From Antedon mediterranea (lineage: Eukaryota; Animalia; Echinodermata): 64,000 bases of DNA. The position numbers and the translations under genes were made by a program. This document shows, piece after piece, positions 1 to 13,840 of the stretch. The number at the start of each line of letters is the position of its first letter. Position 1 is the first letter of the stretch. The DNA lies in assembly GCF_964355755.1 (NCBI RefSeq), contig NC_092677.1:17196101-17260100 (forward strand), read 5' to 3'. The notes beneath the pieces were generated by a model that saw only the letters and a list, made by a program, of their open reading frames with translations, was not told where the DNA came from and searched no databases.

Positions 1-741
1 ATCCTTAAGATTAGGTTGGGAATCCAATTCATGACATTGCACCAATTATGTAAAACACAGAATATGCTTTATAAGTTGTATATGTTGTAATCTATGTAGA
101 CATTAAGCTACTGTAATACTATTGAAATAAACCAGGTAAAACGTAAGTTTCCGATTTCCATTTTGGAATCTCATGCATTAGGTTGGGAATTGAATTCATG
201 ATATTACACAAATTCATTTCATATCTTGATTTATCAAGGGAATGTTATAAGATTATAGACTTTTGTTCCGAATATTAAATGTAATTATAACCTGGAAAAA
301 ATGCTTTGTATAGTTATTCTTTTTCATCCAATACTTTCCTCTGAAACTTGCAGCTATGACTTTTAATTTTTTTCTGGCTTTATAAAGGCACTTAATGTGA
401 CTTTATGCTAATTACTGAAATCATATTTTGATCCAATTATTACTATAACTAATGTCTGTTGATAATGAAAATTTAGCTGATTCTTGTACGGTATCATGTC
501 TAGCAATAATAAACAGTCTACAGTTGACAGCAACATGCCCAACCATAACTCCTATAAGTATTAATCTAATCTAAAAAATCTATTAAAATACATTTTTGGG
601 GCTGATCGCCTGTCTTATGAAGCTAACGTACTGAATAATCGGCTACTGTATATACTGTCTGACGACGGTGTACAATGCCCAATAAGAAGGTTGATGTCTG
701 CTACTGCATGCTGTATATTGTCACTAGACAGGATACTGTAT

Positions 742-1584
742 GGCCCTGTTTCTGCTGCCAATCCCAAATATACCGTATAAATATACCGTATATATACCGT
801 ATATGAAATTCGTGCACCGTTTCCGCTGCACATACTTCGTGGGTGGGCTGTAAAAAAAGTTGGCTTTCATATACCCAAAATGCATTTTGTGAGACGGAAG
901 TATGGATTGACCTAGAGTCTCGTGTAGTGAGGTTACATGACAAAAACAAAACAATGATGGTTTCTCAAAACGTCTTAGCATTGCTTTTTATTTTAAATCT
1001 AATGATCAGAAGTGGCAACGAATTTACATCGCACAAAGAATCTAGAAATGTAGAATGGGCATTGACTACATTTATGCAAAGAAGACGACGGCGTTTGCCG
1101 ATAACTTTGGCGTTATTAAGTCTACCACAAATTCTGCTTTTATTTTGTTTGAGATACTTTTGTAAATCTCGGTATCTCTTCTGTTGCCATGTAGTCTCCC
1201 TCCAACCTTCGCTTCTCCCCACAATTGAATTGCAAAAATAGTTATTTCTTCAGTCCACAGTGATATTTTGATCTGTTGCTTGCTTATTATACACGTGTGT
1301 GTCAATGCAGCAGAAAAACCAAACAAACGCATCACGCTCTGTTAGTTTTTGACCTCGTGTCATGGGCCGGGTCACATATACGGTATATTTTGAGTGCAGC
1401 AGAAACGGGGTACGAAATATACGGTATATTTTGGAATATACCGTATAATATCCACAAACGATGGGGATATTTATGCGGTATATATACCGCATATATATAC
1501 GGTATATTTTTTATGAGACCCATTTCTGCTGCCAAAAAATATACCGTATATATACGGTATATTTTTGGCAGCAGAAACGGGGCC
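742..1584 (-). mobile_element. Non-autonomous PIF/Harbinger-type DNA transposon with decayed Myb/SANT-like ORF
   Basis: TIRs GGCCCTGTTTCTGCTGCCAA ... TTGGCAGCAGAAACGGGGCC; 3-bp TSD TAT (739-741, 1585-1587); subterminal ATACCGTAT/ATACGGTAT clusters; minus-strand peptide WTEEITIFAIQLWGEAKVGGRLHGNRRDTEIYKSISNKIKAEF resembles a Myb/SANT (trihelix-like) domain N-terminus. Confidence 0.85.
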
Positions 1585-1972
1585 TATGTGAGTGTATAAT
1601 TTCAGACATTTTGTTATGAGACTTGGTTTAATGAGTAATTTATGTGATAGTTGTCAAAGAATATTAATTATTTATTTTCTATTTGAATAACAGTGCCACT
1701 TTGTGCCATGAACATATTGTTTTGATAATGAAAGTAAAAGTATACATTAATCACATTTAAACTATCAACAATCAGGTATTGTCAATTCATTGTTATAACT
1801 CATTCATTTTGTTAGTTTTTCATGTGAGTTATATTATCAAATTATGTTCATCCAAATGGCACGTATTGAGAAAGCAAGCGCTATGAATTATGATTGAAAA
1901 GTGACCTTTTTGTAACCATAAATAGTAAATATATCGAAAGTGTACATTCAGCAAGATCTTCATGTGAAAGAA

Positions 1973-2256
1973 AGCCTTGGTTACACTGGTCTTAATTTGG
2001 TCAAATTAACTGAGTCGTCGCTAAATTGACCAATACAATTACTTTTACCGACCAAAGTCTGGCCATTGGAACTTGGTCAAGTCCAATTTGAGTGTGGGTA
2101 AACACATGACCTTCACCATGCGAGTCAATCTTAGTTTTTAACATCACGGTTACATTTTGGTAATTTCATTGTAAAACTAGTGCAAACAATGGTCACATTT
2201 TGGGTAAGTTACCTTAGTTACATTTACCTTTTTTCAAGTCCAGTGTGAACAAGGCT
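1973..2256. mobile_element. Possible degenerate MITE with Harbinger-like TIRs
   Basis: AGCCTTGGTTACACTGG ... CCAGTGTGAACAAGGCT imperfect inverted termini; no clear TSD. Confidence 0.45.
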
Positions 2257-3149
2257 TGATCAGCAATTACTGGATGGATCACCCTCATTAAATATGGTTC
2301 AAATAAATAATGAGCAGGGTTGCTGGGGGTAGAAGTAATTAAGTAGAAGAAAATGGATGGATCTTAATTTGGCGACTGTATATTCACAGAACTTTAATAT
2401 CTTGAAACTTTTTTGTTGATTCCATGCTGGGTTTTATTAGCTTACCTGTTCTTCCCAGGTGTTTATAAGAGATAAATTTAAGTCAGGCACATTCTCATCA
2501 CTACAGGCCATTGCCACCAACCAATGTAGATACTGACAATCCTTATAGGCCTACCCTTGGCAGATCATCATTCAAGTAGCTATGATATTTCATTTGATTT
2601 ATCTACCTATACCTGGATGTACACAGGTCTACAGATAATTGTGCTCACCTGAGGTGTAAACTGTTGTGTTTGATATTATAATAGTACAAAAACCACCTAG
2701 CCTTGTATGCTGTTATAAATATATATTTGCATTTTTGATAGCAACTTATAATTACCAGGTCCAGGTGGGCACAGGTGCAATACAGATTAAGCTACTGAAT
2801 ATTAATCTAATAAAATGTATTATGTGTCACTAAATAGCCTTGTTGCTAAAAATGTATATTTTATATTGTTATAGAATAATCCTTTCCCATTTAAAATAAG
2901 GCCCCTTCTGAAGGTGGCAATTGGTGTTCCTCCTTTTTACTTTTTTATTTTTCTTTTTCATTTAATTTTTCACACTTCAAATACAAATAATAGTAGTAAG
3001 CATGTATCAGAGAAATACTAAATGTAGAATAATGTAATAATACATCTAGAATGAGTACAGTATCCTTTTTGTGAAACTGCCCTTCCCTCTAGTGAATGAG
3101 TTTGCTCTCATGAATGCATGTCTCTCCCTAAATCTAGTGAATGAGTATC

Positions 3150-3832
3150 CTTCCTTTTTGTGAATAACTGTCCTTCCCGCCATTGAATAAGTGTTTCTTT
3201 CTTTAAAATGAGTGTTCCTATTTTTAAAATGAGTTTTTCTCTCCTTTCAATGAGTATCACCCTCTTGTGAATTAGTACCCCTCTCTTTTAAATGAGTGTT
3301 CTTCTTTTCAATGAGTATCACCCTCTTGTGAATTAGTACCCCTCTTTTTTAAATGAGTGTTCTTCTTTTCAATGAGTATCACCCTCCTGTGAATTAGTAC
3401 CCCTCTCTTTTAAATGAGTGTCCTCTTTTCAATGAGTATCACCCTCTTGTGAATTAGTACCCCTCTCTTTTAAATGAGTGTCCCTCTTTTTTAAATGAGT
3501 GTTCTTCTTTTCAATGAGTATCACCCTCTTGTGAATTAGTACCCCTCTCTTTTAAATGTGTGTCCCTCATTTTTAAATGTGTTCATCTTTTCAATGAGTA
3601 TCACCCTCTTGTGAATTAGTACCCCTCTCTTTTAAATGAGTGTCCCTCTTTTCAATGAGTATCACCCTCTTTTGAATTAGTACCCCTCTCTTTTGAATGA
3701 GTGTCCCTCTTTTCAATGAGTATCACCCTCTTTTGAATTAGTACCCCTCTCTTTTGAATGAGTGTTCCTATTTTATAAATGAGTTTTCTCTCATTTGAAT
3801 GCGTATCCCTCTTTTTTAAATGAGTGTTCTTC
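3150..3832. repeat. Minisatellite, ~60-bp unit built from ~20-bp subunits
   Basis: Repeated TTTCAATGAGTATCACCCTCTTGTGAATTAGTACCCCTCTCTTTTAAATGAGTGT; degenerate at both flanks. Confidence 0.9.
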
Positions 3833-4803
3833 TTTTATTTGTTGTAATACATTTGAAATATAGATTCCCATATAGCTTACTTGTTTTTAACTTGGTGTAC
3901 ATTGACTCAGTTTTATTACAGAAGAGTTAATATTTGAAGATTTACAATTAATTTCCATAAGTTACCAACTATTGCTATATATAAAGTCTAATCTAATAAT
4001 GTTTTAAAACATAAAATTTCAAATTAGAACATTGATTAATTATATCTTGTGATAAAAACCTTTGTCGCTGTGAATGTTTTACTAATTTGATTTCTCAAAT
4101 AGTGATTTATATATACGATAAACTTCAAATAAACTCTCTTTCCCAGCATGTCCACCAACCAATAACCATCATTTATTTCGATTTACATAGAAATGTAACA
4201 TCTCAGCTGCTATGCTATGTTTATACAGGTGTTTGTAATTTTAGGATAACATAATTTTTTTGCCGATAGATACGAATAGTTTACAGTTTAGGAGGTCTTG
4301 GTAATTATGTTATTATGACTCTGTTAAAAGTATTATAAATCAAATATTAAATAATAATGTGTACATTTTCGTCTGGTGCTTATTTTCAAGGTTGTTTGTT
4401 CTTTACATCATAGTCAATAAAAGGTAATGTGAAATACATACTTTAGGGAGTCATTTCGTATTGTTACATAGTAGAGCTTTACCAAGTGTACTAGTTTCTT
4501 AAAATAAGTACTCAGATAATTGATTAATTTGAGCTTTGAAAGCATGACATTCTACTTATACTTGGTTACAGTGTTGCTCTCTATTTCAATAATCTAATTT
4601 ATATTCAATGGTCTAGCATTTTTATATTTGTTTCTGCTACTGGATATAAACATTTTCAACGTCACCATGCTGGTGTGTAGCATATACGCTTCATGTGTGC
4701 ATGTTATAGTTACGTACCTTTGGAAGATATATCATTATTATCAAATTTTCATTCAGTTAATAATTATAATATAAGAAGTCTGATTATGGTTATAATTTTT
4801 TTA

Positions 4804-4918
4804 ATACATAGGTTGACATTGAAGTTGAAGTTAAGTATTTTTTTATACATAGGTTGACATTGAAGTTGAAGTTAAGTATTTTTTTAATACATAGGTTGAC
4901 ATTGAAGTTGAAGTTAAG
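4804..4918. repeat. Tandem repeat, 3 copies of a 41-42 bp unit
   Basis: ATACATAGGTTGACATTGAAGTTGAAGTTAAGT at 4804, 4845, 4887. Confidence 0.9.
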
Positions 4919-5026
4919 TTTTCTTTAAAACTTTTGTTGCCAGAAAACAACAAAAACAGATTGCTCTAGTTTAACCCCTTTACAGAAAAAACAAACAAAC
5001 ATAAGTTTATAGGTTTTTGCTACTAA

Positions 5027-5802
5027 GGTCGTGTTTATACAACACCCTAAATTTGAACACGGCTTAAATTTTTAGCGTGTTGTTCGGACCGAGGTCAACC
5101 CACCTTAACGTTTGCTGTTATACTAGAAATCACGATACCGTGTTGTACCGGAAGTTTCATCAACACGCAGTGCATGCTAGGATAAAAGGTCAAATTGTTG
5201 ATCGCTTGAATTTAATTGTTGGCTGGGTTGTTGTCAACAAATCATCGTCGCCTCCTCGCTGTCCGATGTATTCGCGCGGTTTTTACCATTTTCATTATTG
5301 TATTCGTTCACGTTTGCATTGTTGTTTATTTTGTTCTCGGTTCATTTAAATTAATAAAAGTTATTTTAAGGGTTTCATTGTTTCATCTATACACTATGGA
5401 AGAAGATGCCATTTTTGCGATGTTATTTTTTATTCTGTTTGGAGTGGGAAACGGTAGTCTATAGAGGCCTACTACCACTACGAGTTGGCCCTACCAGGCT
5501 AGGCGTAAGACGTGGTAGGAGGATGATTGCTGGCAGCGAAGCAGCAATAAATGGGCCCAATCTTGTTAGACGTCGCATGACATGATTGATATTACGACCT
5601 GTTTTAACGAGAGGTCAAAATATACCCTGAGGACACTTCCAACACGGTAACGGCGACCGGGAATCCACCAAATTTTAGGATTCAGCCAAGTAGCCTTTTT
5701 GCAATTAAAATCTCATTACACGGAATCTCTTTGTTGTTATACAACACACTTCTCGTAGGCGTGTAGAATATGCGTGTAATAGCGTGTTGTATAAACGCGC
5801 CC
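5027..5802. mobile_element. Non-autonomous TIR element, probably PIF/Harbinger
   Basis: TIRs GGTCGTGTTTATACAACAC ... GTGTTGTATAAACGCGCCC (17/19 match); flanks TAA / CAA (3-bp TSD with one mismatch); CpG-rich interior. Confidence 0.65.
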
Positions 5803-8800
5803 CAATATACAGTTAATCCATAATTATAAAGTGATCAGTTGTTCCTGGCCTCTAATCTTGTAAAGACAGCACTGATTAGAAATTGGTCATTTAAAAAAAC
5901 CTCAAAAACTGTTATTTAAAACAAAAAAATGTTGAACTCTGATCTCATACTTTGACAGCTGGTCATAGAGTAATTATTTCATTGGTCATATTACAAGAAG
6001 AGTAGCACTTCCCAATCAAATTAACACCTCAACGTGGGATGCGGGACATCGATGACCCAATGATATGCATCTTGAACTTACAACCTCAAGTTGACGCCAT
6101 CATTATCATCACACAGGTCTTGATCAGATACGGTACTGCTGGTAAAATATTTGATAAAAGTGTAAAGCTTATTAAAAATTGAAAGGCCACCTCCCCCTCC
6201 CTTTCCTCCCACTTTCTTACTGTACTTATTTAATGATATTGTTTGTTTCATTCAACTATTCAGTTATATTATGTTTGTCCACTTTTCTTTTTAGATTTAT
6301 TTAAATAAAATACTTCAAGCTATGGCCTCACGAACACTATTTTTGTAAGCAGTTTGTCTACACTTTATTAGGGTGTTGTTGAACCGATGTGAAAATATTG
6401 TCCCAAATATTGTACAGTTGTTTTATATTTCAAATTCAAAGGAAATTTATGATGAAGAACATAGATAATCTATATATACATTATTTTGTATTTTACACAA
6501 AAAAATCTTACAAACAAAATTGCTTAAGTACTGACTGTTTTACCATTAAGTGTTTCTTAAATATGTCAGATTCAACTAAATATTATTGAAGAAAACACAG
6601 TCCAGCTTAGGTATCCAGCTGAAATCTGGGATATTTAGAACTCTGCGGAAACGGAATATGACACAGGAAAATAGGTACAAGATATTGAGTACCGTAGTCT
6701 CCATTCAAAGCTGCTGAACCACAAATATCTGTGTCAACACAATTGTCTATAGGTGCATAAATAGACCTAGATTTGTCTTTTTAGATGTTATAATCTGCTT
6801 GATGATTCTGTGTTTAAATATATACCATGCATTAAAATACTTTTTGTCTTGCAATTTTACCTTTTTTTTTTGCTTGCTAGAGAATCCTAGATACTCCTTT
6901 TGACAGATAAAACTAAATTACTGCTACTACTTTTTTAGATCTATTTGTATGTTTCGCTTTCTCATTAAACAAATCCTGGATTTGTTCCTACTAATGTTAG
7001 GAATCATCATTAATATTACACCATTATTCACTTCTTGTGAAGCAACTGGAATACTTAGCTTCACGTTCCCCAGCCAGTAATTATGGTTGAACTCTACAAT
7101 TAACATAGTGTAATTTGGTTTAACTAAACCTAATTGTCCTTCAATAGACGTATATTGAACCGAGTGTAACGACCCCTTGTTCCTTAACTTTACCCCAGCC
7201 TATTATAAAATCAGTCATGTGTTGCGTCCCTGAGACAAATTAGGGTGACATACACAGATTAATGTTGCTCATCAGCTAATGCTATGTTACATTATTGTAA
7301 AATGTATATTTTAATAACCACATAAATATTTTCATTTTGAAGGTTCAATAACCTATATTAATCCAGCTCATAGCCCCCATATTTTCATAGTTGTCCCAAC
7401 AAAGGAAGCAAAATTATTATGAGCAAGTTATCGTCACCACTTACGCTGCTGGTCTGTAGTTCATAGAAAAGGGCATTTCAGGAAAATGGAACTCTCATAA
7501 AATTGGACACCATTAGGTCCGAACAAAGTGTCCACAAAAGAATGTCCCCTGAATAGAGATTGACCATAGATTAAAAAACAAATAATGCCTTTCATTTGTT
7601 GCACATGAAAGTGTACTTAATGGATGGGTTTTACTGTATATGATATTTATACAGTGCTCTGTATATGTATTGTTTTGATTTATTCCTCTTTTTTTTCTGT
7701 AAAATATAATTTGTTTATGATGAATTTATTTATTAACATGTATAGCGGATTATTGAGGAATGTTTGTTTGTCTCCTATCAATTAATCTAATTTCCTAGTA
7801 ATCGTTTGTCTATGAACCCAAATCCCTATTCCCAAAGGATTCCAAAAGTACTGCAAGACTGCCCTCTTGAGCCAATGGGAATTATCAATTATAATATATC
7901 TTAAATTATAAGAAATGTGGGACACCTTTATTGCTGTAGTGTTCAAATATGTTGCTCCTTGTTGGTTTTATGTCCAGTTAATATGAGTATTTCCAATGTG
8001 AGGTTCTACTGTATATGTTTGATCATAGAAATTTATTTTTTTGTAATACATGTTTCTTATAAAAATTTTTAATTATAGAAATTCGCTTCAAATTACTGTG
8101 TCATATTTAAATTTTAAATAAATAATAACTAATAGAGGGGGAAACAAATTTCATTTAACAAAAAACAGGAGAAATGGGGAAATGTAGCATAGGTCAAAGG
8201 AATTTTTTGTTGTTTTTAGTTTCAAGGTTAGTTTTTTTTCATGGTTTTTTGTTGATATTGGTGCACATAAATCTTATTATTTTATCTTATCTTATACAGT
8301 ATTAATATTTCTAATGTTAATTTTTAATCAAATATAGTTTGATTGTATAACTTAATTAATGTCAAATGTGTTACTTTGTTGAAATGAACTGAATATTATT
8401 AAAATAAAACCCTTAAAATTACAAACAAATTAATAAGCTATTAATTGTTGGAACTTTTTTTTTTAAAGAAAATGATTTGTGTTTTAGTTTCAACTGTAAG
8501 CTTATAACTAATACAAACTTATTTTCAAGTTCATTAACTTTTCACAGGCCACAGATTTCGTGTAGTTCAAATTATTGTATCATCACATCGTTGTCTGCTG
8601 CGATCGGATCAGCCTAGGATGAACCTACTACTTCTTTCAGTGCGCATGCTATACCCTGATATAAGATTATAAAATGCGCTATTAGTAGCCTGCTCTTTCA
8701 GTTTCCTATGAATGAATGAGAGGAAATGTATTTTTTGACACTACAACTCCTATTTAGGAAACACCCATATTCAGCGGAACCCCTATGAAGATTACATTTG

Positions 8801-9142
8801 TTAGGTCCTGCAGGTGTCGCCTTAATAGAGGTGCTAGTGTACAGTATACGGTTATTGTTTAAAGGTTTGCAAGTTTTGCAGTAAACTGTGTGTTTCCAAA
8901 AAGAAATAAAGTAATTTAAAGTTTTTTAGGAAGATTGTTTCAAAGTTAAACTCACGGTTTTAGTATTGTGACATTCAACCTTATTGGTTATCCGCACTTG
9001 GCGGATAACCCCTTGTTATTGTCAGGATCTTTTTTTTTTTCTTTTTTTTCTCTTTTTTTTTCTATTTAGTTATCCGCTTAGTAGCGGATAACTCCTTGTA
9101 ATCGTCCTGTTTCATCATATTTTTTTTTCTTTTCTGTATTAT

Positions 9143-10674
9143 TAGTTATCCGCATTGAGCGGATAACTCCTTGTAATCGTCCTGGATCTTTTTCTGCTTC
9201 TTTCTTTCTCCCCCATTTTTGTGCAGAACGTATCTCAAAAACTTGTAAACATAACATTTCATAACTTTGTCAACATATGGGCATTTACGTGAAGTTGTGC
9301 ACCTCCTATTTTTGAATGACGTCAGAGTTGCGCAACATGACTTACGCGCGATTTTATGATTTTTTATGATTGATCATAGACTAAAAACCAAGCATAATTT
9401 TGTTTTCACACTTTGTGAAAATTTAAGTCATATCAGGGGCAAACTTTTTGTGGATTAAAAATGGCACGTTTTACAAGAAGTTACGCGCGCACGCGTATTT
9501 AAAATTTCAAATTGCGCAAAATTAATTTCTAATCAACTTTTTACGCGATTCATGACATTTTGCGCATGTAAAAAATTCCCACGTGCGCGCAAATTTTTAC
9601 GCGCGCGGTGGCGAACGTAGCGCTAAAACATCTTTTTTTTGCGTGAATTATGTTTTATAAGCCTTTTATAGTAATTTGACCAATTTTTATACAATTTCTA
9701 CTTAAAATTACGTCATACGAGCACGTCGAATTGTTCAATTTGCACGCCTTTTTAATGAAAAAGTTCAACAATTTGTCAAAATTATGCCTTTTTTTAAACA
9801 GTCATAGATTCTAAACTACGAGGTAAACTTTTTTTTAATTACATATTCTGGAAGTTGATGAGTTGTAGATATCGGATCATGAATCAATATGGCTAACCGG
9901 ACATTGTGACGTCATCGTATGGCCACACAAATGTAAAATATAGGATTTTTGTCTCTTTCGTTATTGCTCATCACATTCAACAGAGCGCATCTCGCTTATA
10001 CGTATTCCATTTCCTCCGAGATTTTAATATTGTCTCCGTCAATCAACTATCTTTCGCATGAGTTAAATATATTTTAATTTTTCTAACGTCATCATATCTA
10101 AAAATGTAAATAACGTGGGTCACATATTTTCATCTTTACAGTAAATTTCAATCTGTTATAGCTCGTCAGAATAAAAAGTGATAATCATGATTACAACGTT
10201 TTCTGGAAGCTATTGGATTGTAGATACGAATTCATGTAAACATTTTGCCAATCGGATGTTCTGATGTCATCATATGGCCAGTTGAATAAAAAAAGTCGTA
10301 TCTATATTTTACGTATTCAAATTTCTTCTACATGTTAATATGTTGTTACCGAGATAATTTCCTTCCGAAATTGCTATCTAAGTGTTCCATTTTGATACCG
10401 TCGCCATGTTAAAAATTTGAATAAATGGCGGGTCCAGTAATTTCACCTATTCTACACTGTATGTAATATGTATACAGATTATACTGTTTGCACTGTATAT
10501 ACTATATGACACAAAATTGACAAAATTCAGCACTAACAGCATATCATATTCTTCAGTTCTTGTCATAATGCCATACTCTTTATCTGTGTGCAATATTCCA
10601 ACGTATGACATGCACGTGGCGTTTGTCGTGGTGCGGATAACTAACTCGTCAAAGTGACGAGTTTCATGTCTAGT
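9143..10674 (+). mobile_element. Element C, intact ~1.5 kb non-autonomous Helentron/Helitron-like copy
   Basis: TAGTTATCCGCATTGAGCGGATAAC start; 3' subTIR, hairpin CTCGTCAAAGTGACGAG and CTAG at 10670-10673. Confidence 0.85.
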
Positions 10675-12252
10675 TAGTTATCCGCTTAGTAGCGGATAAC
10701 TCCTTGTAATCGTCCTGTTTCATCAAATTTTTTTCCTGTATTATACTTCTTTCTTTCTGTCATTTTTGTGCGTCGCGTTTCTCTAAAACTTGTAAACAGA
10801 ACACATCGTAACTTTGTCAACATATCGACATTTACGTGAACTTGTGCACCTCCTATTTTTGAATGACGTCAGAGTTGCGCAACGTGACTTACGCGCGATT
10901 TTATGAATTTCAATGATTGATCATAGACTAAAAACCAAACATAATTTTGTTTTGACGCTTTGTGAAAATTTAAGTCATATCAAGCGCAAACTTTCTATGG
11001 ATTAAAAATAGCATGTTTCACAAAAAGTTACGCGCGCACGCGCGTTTAAAATTTTAGGATGCGAAAAATCAACTTCTAATTAACTTTCTATGCGTTTCAT
11101 GTCATTTTGAGCATGTCAAAAATTCCCACGCGCGCGAAAATTTTTACGCACGCGGTGCACACGTAGCGTTAAAAACATATTTTTTCCGCGTGATTTATGT
11201 TTTTTCAGCCTTTTCTAGTAATGTTACCAACTTTTAAACAATTTCGACTTAAAATTACGTCATACGAGCACGTCGAATTAGATAATTTGCACGCGTTTTT
11301 GGTGAAAAAGTTCAAAAATTCGTCAAAATTATGCCTATTTTTAAACAGTCATAGATTCTAAACTACATGGAGAACTTTTTTTTAATTACAAATTCTGGAA
11401 GTTGATGAGTTGTAGATATCGGATCATGCATTAATATGGATAACCAGACATTGTGATGTCATCGTATGGCCACACGAATATAAAATATAGGATTTTTGTC
11501 TCTTTCGTCATAGCTCATCACATTTAATAGAGCGCATCTCCACTTATTCGTTGTCCATTTTCACCCCGATTTTAATATATTCTAGGTCAATCAACTATCT
11601 TTTGCATGAATTAAAAAATTTTTAATTTTTTTAACGTCATCATGCCTAAAAATTTAAATTACGTTGGTCATTAATTTCATCTTTACAGTAAATTTTAATC
11701 TGTTATAGCTCGTAAGAATAAAGTGATAATCACGATTAAAACGTTTTCAGGAAGCTATTGTATTTTAGATACAAAATCATGTGTAAATTGTGCCAATCGA
11801 ATGTTGTGACGTCATCATATGGCCTGTTAAATAAAAAAAGTCGTATTTTCATCTTTTGCGTTATATTTCATTACATTTAAAAGAGCGCGAATCAATATTT
11901 CACATATTCAAATTTCTTCTACACGTTAATATGTTGTTGCTGAGATAATTTCATTCTGAAATTTCTACTTTTGCATTTCATTTTGAAACCGTCAAGATGT
12001 TAAAAATTACAATAAAATACGGGTCCCTTAATTTCACCTATTTTACACTGTTTGTGATATGTATACAGATTGTACTGTGTATACTATATGACACAAAATA
12101 ACAGAATTCAGAAATAACAACATATCATATTCTTCAGTTCAGGTCTTAATGCCTCAATATTTTTCTGTGTGCAATATTCTAACGTATGACGTGCACGTGG
12201 CGTTTGTCGAGCGGATAACTAACTCGTCAAAGTGACGAGTTTCATGTCTAGT
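10675..12252 (+). mobile_element. Element D, intact copy of the same subfamily as B
   Basis: TAGTTATCCGCTTAGTAGCGGATAAC start; CTAG at 12248-12251; body nearly identical to 13841-15350. Confidence 0.85.
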
Positions 12253-13840
12253 TAGTTATCCGCATTTAGCGGATAACTCCTTGGAACTGTCCTGTGTCTT
12301 TTTTTTTTTCATTATTCTTCAGTCTTTCTCCCTCACTTTTTGTGCAGAGCGTATCTCTAAAATGGGTAAACATAACATTTCATAACTTTGTCAACATATA
12401 TGCATTTACGTGAAGTTGTGCACCTCCTATTTTTGAATGACGTCATAGTTACGCAACGTGACTTACGCGTGATTTTATGATTTTTTTAAATTGATCATAG
12501 ATTTAAAACCAAGCGTAATTTTGTTTTTACATTTTGTGAAAATTTAGGTCATATCAAGTGCAAACTGTTTGTGCACAAAAAATTGCATGTTTTACAAGAA
12601 GTTACGCGCGCACGCGCGTTTGAAATTTTAAAGTGCGAAAAATTAATTTCTAATCAACTTTCTACGCGTTTCATGTCATTTTAAGCATGTAAAAAATTCC
12701 CACGCATGCGCAAATTTTTACGTGTGCGGTGCGCACGTAGCATTAAAAACATATATTTTTTGCGTGATTTATGTTTTTCCAGCCTTTTCTAGTAATTTTA
12801 CCAACTTTTAAACAATTTCGACTTAAAGTTACGTCATACGAGCACGTCGAATTGGACAATTTGCACACGTTTTTGATGAAAAAGTACAACAATTTGTCAA
12901 AATTATGCCTTTTTTTAAACAATCGTAATTTCTAAACTACACGGTCAACTTTTTGTGGATGACATATTCTGGAAGTTGATGAGTTGTAGATATCGGATCA
13001 TGTATTAATATGGCTAACCGGACATTTTAACGTCATCGTATGGCCACACGAATATAAAATTGAGGATTTTAGTATCTTTCGTCATAGCTCATCACATTTA
13101 ATAGAGCGCATCTCCACTTATACATTTTCCATTTTCACCCCGATTTTGATATTGTCTAGGTCAATCAACTATCTTTCGCATGAGTTAAAAATATTTTAAT
13201 TGTTATGACGTCATCGTGCCTAAAAATTTAAATTACATGTGGCATTAATTTCATCTTTACAGTAAATTTTAATCTGTTATAGCTCGTAAGAATAAAATGT
13301 GATAATCACGATTAAAACGTTTTCTGGAAGCGATTGGATTGTAGATACGAAATCATGTAAAAAATTTTCCAATCGGATGTTGTGACGTCATCATATGGCC
13401 AGTTAAATAAAAAAAGTCGTATTTTAATATTTTGCGTCATAGTTCATCACATTTAAAAGGGTGCGCATCTATATTTTACGTATTCAAATTTCTTCTACAC
13501 GTTAATATGTTGTTCCTAAGATAATTTCCTTCTGAAATTGCTATCGAAGTGTTTCATTTTGATACCGTCGCCATGTTAAAAATTTGAATAAATGGCGGGT
13601 CCCGTAATTTCACCTATTCTACACTGTATGTAATATGTATACAGATTATACTGTTTGCATGTATACTATATGACACAAAATTGACAGAATTCAGCACTAA
13701 CAGCATATCATATTCTTCAGTTCTTGTCATAATGCCATAATCTTTATCTGTGTGTGAAATATTCCAACGTATGACGTGCACGTGGCGTTTGTCGTTGTGC
13801 GGATAACTAACTCGTCAAAGTGACGAGTTTCATGTCTAGT
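12253..13840 (+). mobile_element. Element E, intact copy
   Basis: TAGTTATCCGCATTTAGCGGATAAC start; CTAG at 13836-13839. Confidence 0.85.

Noticed and set aside
590-741. Open frame ending at a GTGAGT donor-like site if the transposon is removed
   Set aside because: No acceptor or recognisable protein similarity
615-1599. Overlapping Tyr/Ile-rich ORFs (also 46399-46880)
   Set aside because: Translations of ATACCGTAT subterminal motifs of Harbinger elements; only the Myb-like frame is meaningful
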